Shown in pieces: positions 13,232 through 26,163 of a DNA stretch of 64,000 bases; position 1 is the stretch's first letter; each line of letters begins with the position of its first letter. The notes beneath the pieces were generated by a model. The model saw only the letters and a program-made list of their open reading frames with translations, ran no database searches and was not told the DNA's origin. Origin of the DNA: Podarcis bocagei (Eukaryota); NCBI GenBank assembly GCA_964188305.1, contig OZ076894.1; one strand, written 5' to 3'. A program made the position numbers and the translations under genes.

Positions 13232-13352
13232 CGAGTTTGGGAAGAGAATAGCTCATGTTGAAGTATCCTTCAAAGAAATCAAATATCTCTTTAGTTATAT
13301 TTGCTGCATATTCTGCTGTGTGTAACTGCTGGGGCTGGGCATAAACACGGAG
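13232..13352 (-). CDS. ENPEP: ENPEP exon 4 (121 nt)
   Basis: ttacag|CTC...CTC G|gtaacg; encodes LRVYAQPQQLHTAEYAANITKEIFDFFEGYFNMSYSLPKL(D). Missed by the ORF track. Confidence 0.97.
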
Positions 13353-13689
13353 CTGTAAAACAAAGCAAAGTTATTATCAGAGGTGTTTCTTGCTGGACAC
13401 AATTATTGTTTAGCACCAGGATACATTTGATCAATTCACAGAGCTAAAAGGATTAACTCGTCTTGCCCTGAAAGGCAGAAGCACCTTCTCATACATTTTA
13501 CCCTATAACACTTTGGCTTCATTGACTAGTTCTACACTTGTTCCAGTAAACATTTAACTCCCACCCCCACATCTCTTAGGGGTGATTTATCCCAAATAAG
13601 ATGTTCCCCAGCCCCTGTTAACTTTTCGCATTTCATGTGATCAGGCTGATGAAAGAGATGAATGATTTTGGCAGTGGAGTAGTAGATAG

Positions 13690-13970
13690 ACATAAGGGGA
13701 CCAGCGTGAGAGGATGGAAGACCAGAGAGAAAAACTCGCAGTAGTCTAGGTGAGAGATGAGCAGGGCATGCCCCAAAGCTTTAGCCAATGGGACAGAAAG
13801 GCATGGCTACATTTTGCAATGTTCTAAGTGGAGAAGCAAAGTGAGTTGGGCCATGTACTGAATATGGGGAACAAAGGAGAAAGGGGAGTCAAAGAGTAAG
13901 TCCAGGTCACATGTCTGTCCAACAAAGGGAAGGGTAATAATGTCAATGGAGAGAAGAGCTTTGGGGGAAA
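13690..13970 (-). mobile_element. Old L2 LINE ORF2 fragment
   Basis: Minus-strand translation DLDLLFDSPFSFVPHIQ and downstream ctcatctctcacctagactactgc (LISHLDYC-like) resemble the L2 ORF2 C-terminal region. Confidence 0.6.
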
Positions 13971-14642
13971 GAGGGCAAATTTGGTCTCTAGTCATGGGGG
14001 CAGGGCTTTCTTTCCAAGTATCTCACACTGGGGGCTTAGGGTGATCATGTTCCTTGCTTTACAGAAGACAGGCCTCTATCTGTCAGAGGACAGTCCTGGA
14101 TCTGAAATTGTCATCTGCTTGAGAATTATCCAGTCCAAAGTCTGGTTTAAAGAGAAGAAACCATACAAAGAGACAACAGGAGTCTTGGGGTTGCCCATCC
14201 CTTGTCAGCAGACTGAGCTAGCTCCTAAGTCACCTGGTGTAATTGCTACTATGGTGAGATGTATTTCTATTTAAATTATAGTAATTTCTTTTAAAATCTG
14301 CATCTAGACATATACATTATCATATGCAAATTTTATGCAAATATATGATGCAAATCCTCCCTTTTGGCAAAGCATAACGGGTCATTCTAGGAGGGCTGTA
14401 TCATGATACTAAATTCCCTCTGTTCCTGCTGCTGTGGCTTACAGATGTACTCAGTTCCCTTTGAAGCATGGACCATTGAGGATCAGACTTTTCCTTCACA
14501 AATGGGTGTCTCTGGGGATTCTATGATTAGCCAACACTCTCAGTGTGGTACATTTAGTATGAACAGCACCCAGGTGGTATTAAGTGGCCTTCTGAGTCCA
14601 AAGCCCTTTAAACTCGGTGAGAGACTTTTCATTGCTGTAGAT

Positions 14643-14895
14643 CAGGCACATCCAACAGGTAAATTGTGATCTACTGGTAGATCACTGGATGTAAGTGGTA
14701 GATCATTGGTAGATCAGTGGCTCCCGCCAAAGAAGCTGAACAACTTTGGCTCCGCTAAAAGAAGCTCAACATTTTTGCCCTGCACCCCTAAAAAAAGCTC
14801 AGCAACTGTGACCTGAACCCCCCAAAGGGGGTATATCACTGCCAGTTTTTAACTCTGTGAGTAGATCGCAGTCTCTTGGGAGTTGGCCACCCCTG
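14643..14895. mobile_element. hAT (Charlie-like) MITE
   Basis: CAGG...CCTG termini; perfect 8-bp TSD CTGTAGAT (14635-42, 14896-903); internal gtagatc and aagctcaaca-like repeats. Confidence 0.85.
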
Positions 14896-15547
14896 CTGTA
14901 GATGACAGCGTGAAACCTCTTCTGCCATCAAATCCCTCACCAAAATATCAGCTATGTTCCATAAGTAATTCTCAAGCTTCCAAAAGTCAATGTTTAAGAA
15001 GGTGCTGTGGTCCCAGGATAGTAAAATAAAAATATATATAACCAAATACATTTTGCTGTACATTAACAGGGTGCTTTTAAATATAGTGTTATGGGTTTGT
15101 AGGAGGCAAACTGGGTGCCAGACATTAGATTTGAAATTCAGGCTAAAACCAGGAAATTGCCTGGACAGAAGAGCCATCAGGGTGTAATGACCGGACAATG
15201 GCCAGTCATTGACCCTCTGCCTGAGCTCTGGGTAAATAGCAGAATTGGGAAAGGGGAGTGTTACAGGAAGCATGATGTAGAAATAGGAAAGAAATGTGTT
15301 CTTTAAAAAAATGAGGCTTGAAATAGCGGGAGATCAGAGGGGTGAGCAGGCAGGTAATGAGGAGTTATAATAATTGCTATATTAATGTAAATATAACAAT
15401 ATATACCTCTCTCTCTAATAGGCACATGCTTAACTTTTTGCAGTAGCACATTTGTGATAACTGTTGAAAACCAGTGTGGCGTAGCAGTTGGAGTAGGACC
15501 TGGAAGAACAGGGTTCAAACCCCACTTGGGCATGCATAACCATGTAT

Positions 15548-15930
15548 TAGGGTTGCCATATGTCCAGGGAAACCTGGACATGTCCTCTTTTGGGGGGTCA
15601 ACATGCCCATCTGGGCAGATTTTTAAATTTTAAGGGAAATGTCTGGATTTTGGAGGTTTGGTGGGGCTTGGGCCACTGTGGCCTCTGCCAGCCCGAGCTG
15701 GGGAAAGAAGTGTGGGTGCAGTGGCGTCGCAATGTGCCCACGCCTGTGCTTGCACAGCTCTTTCCCCGGCTTGGGCTGGCAGCGGCTTGGGCTGCCCCCT
15801 TGAGCTTCTTGTAAAGAAAAAGTTGGGATACAAATGCAATAAATAATTGCCTTAACACCCACAGTGGCGCAGGGAACCATTTGCAAGAAACAGGCACAGT
15901 TAGCAGATATATCCTGGTATTGGTAAACTA
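15548..15930. mobile_element. hAT (Blackjack-like) MITE, one degenerate end
   Basis: Starts TAGGGTTGCCATA; its first ~60 nt match the reverse complement of the end of 21080-21245. Confidence 0.6.
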
Positions 15931-15936
15931 ATTTTG

Positions 15937-16102
15937 CCATATTTACCCATCTATAAGATGCCCCCATGTATAAGACGCCCCCTATTTTGGGGGGCTCAGA
16001 TTTAAGAAAATGGCCTTGGCACTATCTGTGAATAAGACACCCCCTAATTTTTGACATAATTTATTAGGGGGGGAAACTAGTCTTATACACGGAAAAATAC
16101 GG
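15937..16102. mobile_element. Short Tc2-type MITE, separate subfamily
   Basis: Right end gtcttatacacggaaaaatacgg|ta; degenerate left end ccatatttacccatctataagatg. Confidence 0.75.
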
Positions 16103-16744
16103 TAGTTCCGGAAAGAAAACAAAGAACTCCGACGCAAAAATGTAATGTGAAATAGCTGGATTACAATTAACCTGCTAAAAGGTTAAAGATGTGCATGTTA
16201 ACCTGCGCTGGCCCAAGAAATTTTGGCACTTGAGGCAAACCACAAAAATTGTACACACCCCACCAGGGGAGAAGGAGTGAGTGAAGATCTGCATCAAGGA
16301 CAAGGGGGGAATGAAAAACTACATTGGGAATAAGGGGGTGAGTGAAGCTCTACATTGTGAACAAGGTGGGGGAAATAAAATCAACCTTACCCAATGGTTG
16401 ATGTGGGAATCAAAGACCATTATTGGGGGAAAGGGGTCTGCTCTGAATCACATCAGGTGCCAAGGAGGTGACAGATCTAGCCTCAAAGTACTGCAGCTGC
16501 AGCCATTGCTGCTAGCACAGCGGCGGCAGCAGAGGGTGATGCATTCCCTGGAGGCCGCATCTGATGCCCCTGTGGATCCTGCTGCCCAAGGCAGTAGCCG
16601 CACCTTGTCTCATGGGTGGGTCGGCTCTGCTGTTGACATACTTAAACTCTAATTATCACTGACTTTAATTTTTGCATCTCACAGCCATTCAGCTCCTACC
16701 TCACATTCTTATATTTTACATTCCTGCCAACTACTATTTCACTT

Positions 16745-16825
16745 TGTGCCTCCGATGAAGCAGGCTTCAGTCCATGAAAGCTTAGGCCATAATAAATGTG
16801 TTAGTTTATAAGGCGACTATTAGAA
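16745..16825 (+). mobile_element. Penelope-like terminal repeat remnant with decayed hammerhead ribozyme
   Basis: ccgatgaag...gaaagctta...aataaatgtgttagtttataagg follows the CTGANGA-stemII-GAAA-...-GTH layout of Penelope pLTR hammerheads, with core mutations. Confidence 0.55.
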
Positions 16826-17559
16826 CATTATGCTAAAAGGCTAATTATTGGCTGAAGTTTCCATCCAAGTTTTTCTCCGCCTGTATTTTCCAAAAGCCCC
16901 AAAGACATTCTAATTTCACAGAGACTTTTTTCCCCAAAACTGTGTTTGAGTGTTTGGGCCAGATAATACTAATGCTAAAAACATGAGGAACGAAGCATCT
17001 GACAGCTGCTATTAATCCCATGAATTGCACCCTCCCCCCCCCTATTGACTGGGTGACCCTTTGCCTCTATTTTTAAATGAGCAATTAATACACAAACACC
17101 ATGAGGAGGGGAATTAAGGCTATTTGATCACTATGTTCACTTCCTTGGATGAATGGCAGCTCGACTTCCGCTATCTTTTTCAAAAATGTAGCATAAAAAA
17201 CATTATAGAATGACACTGTTTGAGAGCTATGAAATATTTACTAAGTCTTGAGGGAGAGGTCCCTAGAGATGTGGAGGAAATTGCAGATCGGTGAAATGAT
17301 GCAGTAAATAAAATGCCCTTATTTTCAGATAAGGAATTGGAGGCATACAAGTTTAGTAACTTGGTAGAGAAGCTTAGCCAGCTATATTCCTGGCAGGAGA
17401 GCTAAACTAGTCAAATGAAACATTACAATTAACAGGAGTCTTGCCACAGGTTAATAGATTCTATGATACCATCTAAAGCAGTCATGGCATCCCCCACAGA
17501 ATTTTGGGAGCTGTGGTTTGTTAAGGGTATGGAGAGTTACTGTATTAGGAGGCTCCTAT

Positions 17560-17897
17560 GGCACTGTGGGTTAAACCACAGAGCCTAGGACTTGCCGATC
17601 AAAAGGTCGGCGGTTCGAATCCCCGCGACGGGGTGAGCTCCCGTTGCTTGGTCCCAGCTCCTGCCAAGCTAGAAGTTCAAAAGCACGTCAAAGTGCAAGT
17701 AGATAAATAGGTACCGCTCTGGCGGGAAGGTAAACTGCATTTTCGTGTGCTGCTCTGGTTCGCCAGAAGTGGCTTAGTCATGTTGGCCACATGACCCAGA
17801 AGCTGTACGCCGGCTCCCTCAGCCAATAAAGTGAGATGAGCGCTGCAACCCCAGAGTCGGCCACAACTGGACTTAATGGTCAGGGGTCCCTTTACCT
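17560..17897 (+). mobile_element. Sauria SINE, slightly 5' truncated
   Basis: Highly similar to the 12014 and 58374 copies; box B ggttcgaatcc; tail ctttacct. Confidence 0.92.
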
Positions 17898-18810
17898 TAT
17901 TCCCTTCTCAGAACTACAATTTCCAAAGGTCTCTGTGAGATGGGGTTGAGAGCTAAACCTCTCTGAGAAAGCCATACCTGGAGAGGCCAGAGATTGAATC
18001 TGGGACCTTCTATATGGAAAACTGATGCTGTAACACTGAGCTATGTCTTTCCCCTAAATTACCATCACCATGGGACATCCAGCTTGGCTATTATCAGAGA
18101 CAGAACATTGGACTATTGGAGACAGACCTTTGGTCTGGTCTAGTCAAGCATTTCTTTTGCTCTTCTGCATTTAATAATCCCCCCATGGGGGACCGACAAT
18201 ATGAAGACTGGCCGAGTTTCAGCTAAATTTAGATCTGACCAAAATGTTTCTCAGATTTTCTCCTTCATGCTTAAACGTGTGGAGGAGAAAGAAGGATTAT
18301 GTTCCTGGCCCCACTCCTGAAGCTGCTGCATCCTGCTCATACCACCCATGATCTCTGCACACAGAGCCACACAAAGACCACCCGAGGTCTGACAAAGGGA
18401 TGCCTGGAAAACCACAGCGAGTCGTGTGATCCTTCTCCCTTTTGCATGGATTCATTCTCCATATGGAGGGGAATGTCTGAAAAGAGATCTTGGCTGCCAT
18501 CCTATGAACACTTATCTGACAATATGTCCCAATTTCACATAGTGCAACTTACTCCTGAGTAGACACTGAGTGCTACACTGCTAAGTCACATCAAAATCCG
18601 TGGCTCAGTTGATGACAACTAAGTTAAATCCCATTGATTTAGGCTACATACATGGCATACATTTGAGGAATTCTGGGAATTGTCATTTATTCCCCACAGG
18701 GCTGTAATTCCCAGCACACTTAACGAACTACAGTTCCCAGGATTCTTTGGATGAGAAATGTCTCTTAAAGGTATGGTATGTACACAGCCTTAATTAAACA
18801 AATTCAGTTA

Positions 18811-19041
18811 CAGTGGTACCTCAAGTTAAGTACTTGATTCATTCCGAAGGTCCGTTCTTAACCTGAAACTGTTCTTAACCTGAAGCACCACTTTAGCTAA
18901 TGGGGCCTCCCGCTGCCACTGTGCTATTTCTGTTCTCATCCTGAAGCAAAGTTCTTAACCCGAGGCACTATTTCTGGGTTAGCGGAGTCTGTAACCTGAA
19001 GCATATGTAACCTGAAGCATATGTAACCCAAGGTACCACTG
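18811..19041. mobile_element. Tigger/pogo-type MITE
   Basis: TIRs CAGTGGTACCT...AGGTACCACTG, TA on both sides; second copy at 39574-39815. Confidence 0.9.
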
Positions 19042-19262
19042 TACATCCCATTGTTTCAATGAACTATAGCTAAAATAAGGCCAGCATGTTCAACCTAGAC
19101 CAAAGGATTTTGATTTTTTTAAAAAGAGGCCTTTCTACATACATAGTGTTTCTATCCTTTTTCACAACATCCATAACTGGAGGAGGGCTTGTTTCCAGTT
19201 CGCAAAGCAAAAATCACCAAGAAACATTGCATAAATTTGATAAGAATTAGCACAGGACTTAC

Positions 19263-19394
19263 AGGAATTCCTCGGGCTGATATTTTTTCTATAAACTTAA
19301 ACTGGTGTACAGCCCAAGCCACTAAGTAGGTGCTCATTGGAACAGACTTTTGGAATGTCGTTACAGTCCAGCCGTTGCCCAGTGAACGTTTTTG
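19263..19394 (-). CDS. ENPEP: ENPEP exon 3 (132 nt)
   Basis: ccgcag|CAA...CCT|gtaagt; encodes QKRSLGNGWTVTTFQKSVPMSTYLVAWAVHQFKFIEKISARGIP (M1 family MSTYL motif). Confidence 0.97.
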
Positions 19395-19737
19395 CTGCGG
19401 GGAAAGTGAGGAAAAAAGAATCACAATGAAGCATTGTTTACAAGTAAATAACTTTCCCAAGACGAATATTTATCTTTATGTACAGAATGGGAGCAGGAAA
19501 GTTGTTGTTGTTGTTACTGTATTATTACTTTGGTTACACATAAAATGTGCCCTTTTCAATGTTAATGCTTTATTACTATTATAATAAATATATAATACCA
19601 CCTCTTTCTAAGGGCACACTCTCCTAATCACCAAGAAGGCATAGTATGTCACTAGAAGGTAAATAATGTACTGCCCTCATGAAGTTACTTCTGAGGAAAA
19701 CACAAGATGTCATAGCAGTTATCAGCCCTGTTCACAC

Positions 19738-20187
19738 TAGCGATGGGCAAATCTGTCAATTTCAGTTCTCTCATCTTATCATTTCTCCAATCTTAAATTC
19801 AGTTCTCAGCATATCCAGAATAATTCTTTTTTTTTAATTAAACATAAGGTCCTCATAAAAAATAATCAGCAGGTTAGTCCAAATTTCTCCCAATATACAT
19901 ATATTTGTAAGCAGTTTTACCTAACATACACATTTCTGCAAAGCAAATTTTCCTAATAGCACACATTTTTGTATGTTATTTTCACTAATATGCATTTTTA
20001 ACAACATTTCACCCCAGTATGTGTATTTTGGAACACATCATTTGGCTGAAGAATTGCATTGCAACATTCAGAGATGTGCGAATTTTGAAGGCTGGCTGTG
20101 CTTCAGTCTGCATATTGTTTCAGAATGTGCGAATTAGGTTGGTTCACCTTGACATGTGAACTGAATTGAATTTCTTCCCCATCCCTA
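19738..20187. mobile_element. Old AT-rich hAT-like MITE (TAGGGATGG termini)
   Basis: tagcgatgg...ccatcccta termini; imperfect 8-bp TSD gttcacac/actcacac. Related fragments at ~5470-5660, 7290-7470, 22997-23420 and 29160-29400. Confidence 0.65.
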
Positions 20188-20348
20188 ACTCACACGTTAC
20201 TCATGTGTCAGGCACTCCCAGTTTATAGCCAGGGGAGGCTATCCTTTTCACCCCCAATTCTCCATCAGTGTGCTACCTCAACCATCTAATGACAGCACAC
20301 TGAGTGAGGTGCATAGGAAACTCTTCATAAGAGAACCATGCTCAATAT

Positions 20349-20585
20349 GAGAGCCAGTGTGGTGTAGTGGTTAAGAGCAGTAGATTCGTAATCTAGGGAA
20401 CCGGGTTCGCGTCTCCGCTCCTCCACATGAAGTTGCTGGGTGACCTTGGGCTAGTCACACTTCTCTGAAGTCTCTCAGCCCCACTCACATCACAGAGTGT
20501 TTGTTGTGGGGGAGGAAGAGAAAGGAGAATGTTAGCCACTTTGAGACTCCTTCGGGTAGTGATAAAGCGGGATATCAAATCCAAA
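20349..20585 (+). mobile_element. Squam3-like SINE lacking tail
   Basis: Aligns with 9247-9484 over its whole length. Confidence 0.85.
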
Positions 20586-21079
20586 TATGTGGTCATTGGC
20601 AGGCAGTGTCATAAAAAAGGAGTAATGCATGAAAAGGTCTACTCTTGTACTGGAATTACATAGCTAAAAGCAGAAACTTAACCATGCCTATTTAAGTAAG
20701 TTGTATCGAATGCAGTGGGGCCTACTGCTTGGCAAGAGGGGTTAGGATTGCAACCTTAGCCAAGAAATATTCCAGTGTTTGGAAACTGATAAATGGGAAT
20801 TTTTTGAGGGTTCACTGAAATTACTAGAAACTTATTGTGCAGTTTTACTTCAAAGCTTTTTGGTGGAACTTTCACATTTACTCATCAGAAGCCACAACTT
20901 CACTGTAGACAACTGCTGCTGAGGATTGGGCTTCACAGTTCAAATGTACTTATATTTTAATATTTTGGGTAGATTTGAGAGAAAACATTGCAATCAGTAA
21001 CATTATTTCTAGACAATCACTGACTCCCTTAAAACACAAAATACGTAGTGTGGAGGAAATGTGGTAAGGTTATCTATAG

Positions 21080-21245
21080 TAGGGTTGCCATATTTCAAGA
21101 GGTGAAAATCTGGACACAAAAAGTTGTTGAGCTTTTTCAGGGCAATTTTACATTTGCTTTAAAATGTAAATTTCCCCTCAGGTGGGCATTTAGGACCCCA
21201 CCAAAGAGGACATGTCCAGGAATTCCCAGATGTATGGCAACCCTA
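21080..21245. mobile_element. hAT (Blackjack-like) MITE
   Basis: TIRs TAGGGTTGCCATA / TATGGCAACCCTA; perfect 8-bp TSD ATCTATAG. Confidence 0.9.
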
Positions 21246-22144
21246 ATCTATAGGCTAACTTTGCATATGTCAGGTCAGTTATGTTTATTACTGTGTAGAA
21301 GAAAATACTGCAATAACTACCAATTTTTCAACCACAAATTAAAACAGTGGGAGCTGTATGGCAATCAGAAACTGATGGGCAGAATCCAGTTTATAATTAT
21401 GTGCTCTAAAATCCCAAGGAAATAAATGGGATGGATTCTGGGCATTTTCGCTGTGGCATCTCAAAGCCCCATATCATAAACAGGACATTTTACCTTAACA
21501 GAAATATTTAAAAGATATTTATATGGTATGATTTTTGCATATATTGTCTTTGACTTCTGCTAACAGTAATACAAAGTTTCTAGAACTTTGTACTAAAGCT
21601 GATGTTTATGTGAACTAACTTGGGAAATGTCTTTAGCCAGAAGTTTGTTGGGATGGAATTTGCATTTTAATTGTGCACTTAATTTGGAAATTTAGAAACT
21701 ATTCATTCAAAGTTATGTGTTGGCTTTGACTTTCCACTAGGCTATTCACTGGACATTCTTTTGGCCAAGATCCATAAAATCATTTTCCGCTGCAAATCCC
21801 AGAGGCAGAGAACTTACGCCATTGACTTCCATAGAAGATTTGGAATTTAAGCCAAAGGAACTAAATATAACCATTTGTGAACCTATGACCTTTGCCTAGG
21901 AAAGGATTTTGACAAACATCCACATCTATGGTTTAACAAAAAAAGGAATATATTGTATAATGCCAAATGTTTTGCTCTTAATGCCCACTAACTCTGATAT
22001 GAATTCCTCTAACAGACTATAACCCACCTACTCCAAAGTCATTTTTAGAGAATACTAATGGCTGCACCAACAGGCCATGTGATTTGGTGATCAATGCCAC
22101 CAGGTTTCATGTATCATATGCGCATATAGACAAAGAATGCATAC

Positions 22145-22286
22145 CTCCACTGGCATGTTTGATAGAGCTTCATATGTGTCTTCATGGAAAATGGATATAT
22201 TATAAGTTGCCTTTATGTTAGGTTCATCAAAGCAAGGAAATGATTTTCGTGCATCTGTTGGCTCATGATCAGTGGCTGCTATACTC
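22145..22286 (-). CDS. ENPEP: ENPEP exon 2 (142 nt)
   Basis: ccaaag|G AGT ATA...; encodes (K)[47 protein letters not shown]; donor GAG|gtatgc. Completes the split Lys codon of exon 1. The TDHEP motif is characteristic of aminopeptidase A. Missed by the ORF track. Confidence 0.97.
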
Positions 22287-22424
22287 CTTTGGAAAGAAAC
22301 GACAGTTACATCAAACCATTATTCGCAAATAGATAATTAGACCTAGTATGAAAGCAGTAAAGGGAATTTTTCATATGAAAGAAATGGGATAATCTTTCTC
22401 CTATGGCTCATATCATAACCTGTG

Positions 22425-22782
22425 GGATCACCTTACCCAATATATGCCTGCTCGACCATTTCAATCTGCAGAACTGCTATGGGTACCACATAAGACTGGT
22501 TCTGCATTTGTAATAAATCAATCTTTTAGTCTGGCAGCACCTACACTGTGGAACTCCTTGCCTGTTGACATGAGGCAGGCACCTTCACTGTACTCTTTTT
22601 GGTATCTGCTAAAAGCATTTTTGCTTAGACGAGCCTATTCAGATGTGTAGAATGTGGATGTATGCTTTAGTCTGTTTTTAGTTTACTGCTGATTTTATGT
22701 TTTGAACAATTTACAAAATTGCGTGTGTGTTTTTTAAACAAAGCGGTGTATAAATTTCATGAAATAAAACAAATAAAAAATA
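22425..22782 (+). mobile_element. L2-type LINE 3' end
   Basis: Translation FSLAAPTLWNSLPVDMRQAPSLYSF resembles the L2 ORF2 C-terminus, followed by a T-rich UTR and AAATAAA tail. Confidence 0.75.
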
Positions 22783-25069
22783 GTCTTAAGACAAAGTAAA
22801 GCTTGAAAGTGTAATTATCCTGCATAACCTGTGAACCCACAAGCCAAATACAGCTTAAAAGCCCTTATGGTGCTTGACAAATGCATTGTTTATTTATTCC
22901 CAGTCAGCCAGGAAAATAGGTATTGACTGCATTTGGCTCAGTTGCAAAGGCCTAGATAAAACTATGATGACATGATCCATAGGTTTGCTTTGACCAGGGA
23001 TGGATGAAACTAACATACAGTATTTCAGCATCTCTTAAGTTTCTCGTTTCTTCAATCTTAAACTCAGCTCACCCCATTTCCACATCAGTTTGCAATTCTC
23101 CATAATACGTATGAAAACTCATAAGCATCTAACTGCACATTTATTCTCATATACACATTTTTGTGTGCAATTCTGCCAAATACACACATTTTTGCAAGTC
23201 CCCCCCGAAGGACTACATTTTTCTTTATTATTTTTACTAATATATTTTATGCACACTTTTTCCTAAGACACCTATTTTGAACACATTGTTTTGGTTGGAG
23301 AATAGCATTGCAAAATTCAAAGAAGTACTTTTTTTTAAGAATGGGGGAAGATTTGGTTTGACTTCTGTGGTTTAGGGAAGCATGGGTTAGTTAGGTTCAC
23401 ATTCAAATGCAAATTGAATAATAATAATAAAATCTCTTCCCAGCTGTGACTGAGTGGGCCAACCAAATTAATGTTTTGAGATGGTGAATTTGGACCCATG
23501 TAAAATTCTGTGTATGCTGAAACATTTGTGTGATTGCACCCACCCAGCTTGCTACTTACCACATAACTACCACCTCACAACTCCCTCCACATCCAAAACT
23601 TTATGCTCACATTTATTAATTTGTGGCATTTTTAACCTGCCCATCACCATATGGTCCCAGGGCAGGAATGGTTAAAACAACAAGAAATAACAGTAAAACT
23701 CAGATCACATGAATATAAATTTAAGTCCTCATTGTTATAAACATCACTTAAAATCATAGTTTAAAGAATAAAACCTAACACTATACCGCTACAGGTAAAC
23801 ACACAATTTCATATTTGGTAAATATGGGCTGGGCAAACTGCTGGAAGTATCATGGATGAAGAACCTAAGAGGAGCCAATTGGATCAGGCCAATGACCCAC
23901 CTAGTCCAGCATCCTGGTCTTACAGTGGCTGACCAGATGCCTCTGAGAAGCCTGCAAGCAGAAGAGCACTCTGCCCAACCGAAATTCCCTGCAACTGATA
24001 TTCAGAGGCACAATGCACACATTTTCAGCAAACCCATTCAGCAAACCCATGCTTGGCAGGGGGTTGGACTCAATGGCCCTTGTGGTCTCTTCCACTCTAT
24101 GATTCTATGATTCTATATGAATGTCCCCATGTCGACTACCAAATGAACCTCCACTGTTTTGGCCCATACTGAGTCTCATCACCAGAAAGACTGCAGTCCC
24201 CCACCCCTCCTTTTCTGTGCATACACACCTGTGATAGATAGCTTTAAGCAGCTTGTCAAATGCTAGCTGAAAGCAGCACATTCATAACAGGGACATTGAT
24301 CACTCTGAGATAACCATGCACATCTGCCTTTCGTTGTTCATGGACAAGAGTATAATGACAATCTTGGTGGTCTGAATACTGATAGGATGCAGCAAAATAA
24401 ATGGCTGTGGAACACCATTGCTATAAATTGATATAGTGATATTTGCCCTAACAGCTGGTACCAGAACATCTTACCTGCCTGGGATATAAATGACTGAGGA
24501 AAATAGGGTCATTAAAATTGTTGCCAAGGTTTACATAAAATATCTGCTCCCTAAATGGAATCAAGCTCTTCTTATCAACATAGCATTCAAGGATGGAGCA
24601 TGATTGATGGGAGAACACAGCTAAGTTGTCTCTTCAATTAATTCAGAATGCTGGTAGCTTTCCAACCACACGTCTGTAGATACGTTTGAGCTACATAAAA
24701 GTAGTTCCCCCCCCTTCTTTTAAAAAAGAAATAAAGCAAAAACAAGAAGTAATTAAGAGTGAAGGAACATAGCTTGTAACATTCCTGAAGATCTATAAGT
24801 TATCTCGCCAGTCAATTTGTCAATGTCCTAGTGTCCTTGGCATTTTCCTAGGACTCCCTAAATGCTTAACTGATCATAAAGAACTTATAATAGTACATTC
24901 AAATCTGAAGAATTAGTGAGATACCAAGCAAATGGGATATTTTTTTTAAAAAAAAGTGGGCATAAAAATGGGCTGTACAAACTTTAAGGTCAGACCTCTC
25001 TCTGCACCCACAGAAAGGGAAATATGCAAATGTCCTACATGCCTTGAAAATCTTCTCAGAAAGACTATA

Positions 25070-25323
25070 CAGTCGTACCTTGGTTTTTGAACAGCTTAGT
25101 TCCCAAACGTTTTGGCTCCCGAATGTCACAAACCTGGAAGTGACTGTTCCAGTCTGTGAACAATTTTTTGAATCCAAATGTCCTACAGGGCTTCCGGGGG
25201 TTCTAATTGGCTGCAGGAGCTTTCTGCAGCCAATCAGAAGCTGTGATTTGGTTTTCAAACATTTTGGAAGTCGAATGGACTTCCAGAATGTTGAACGGAA
25301 CTTTGAATTCCAAAGTACAACTG
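25070..25323. mobile_element. Tigger/pogo-type MITE, older
   Basis: ta|CAGTCGTACCTTGG...CCAAAGTACAACTG|tg imperfect TIRs; internal hairpin attggctgcagga...tctgcagccaat. Confidence 0.75.
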
Positions 25324-25358
25324 TGCTTTCAAGAAGTCAGACTAAAAAGCAAATATAT

Positions 25359-25845
25359 TGTTGCATGTCAGTGGTTCAAGGTGCCTACCCAGGGTTCAGT
25401 TTCCTTGGAATGAGGGACAGCAGAGACTGTGGCATCTTTAGCATATGTGGTTTATTTACACACACATATACAATGTGAGCCAATGATGGAGGGACTCACA
25501 ACATTAACAGCCCAGAAGGTCCCACAGCCACATCCTCAGATTCAAACAGAAATCAAGGATGTCTCTCCCTCTTAGGCTTCTGCCTACTACAGCCTGCTTC
25601 TAGCTTCTAGCTCACACATTCTAGCTCTAGCTTCTGTTTTTCTAGCTACCAGCCAGTTGAGGGAGGGGGACCCATCCATTTGTCCTCTGGCACAGAACCA
25701 CTTCCTTTGTCACCTTAATGACCCAAAAATGGGGGCCATTATGTCACCAAGAAGTTGGCCTGGCTATTCCAACAACTGAATCCTTGCTGGATCAAGGAAT
25801 TAGTAGGGGCTCAGGCATACAGCGTAACTACTCCCCCTCGCAACA
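25359..25845 (-). mobile_element. Solo LTR (Gypsy-like, 4-bp TSD)
   Basis: Termini TGTTGC...GCAACA; TSD ATAT on both sides; its reverse complement shares the tatatgtgt...gtaaataaacca...cacagtctct block with 49449-50272. Confidence 0.75.
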
Positions 25846-26163
25846 ATATTTTCAGCAAGATGGCTTATGTCAATCAACTGTAGAACTAGTGAAACATTAT
25901 TCGCATGAGAAATTGCATTTATTTAAGATTATTTAAATTTACTGCAACTAGTTTAGGTATTGCTTACATCATGTTCTATTTATATAGATGCTTACAATTT
26001 GACAGCATAAATACACTAAATTCTTAATCACAGAAGCAACAGCACACATCTTCATTCATGCCATAATGGTGTTTCAGTTATTTATTGCTCCTTTCTCTTC
26101 TTTGTGGGTTTACAGAATGCTCCAGTATTATGCCGGCAGCTTCCTTAAATGGTGAGATTTTAT

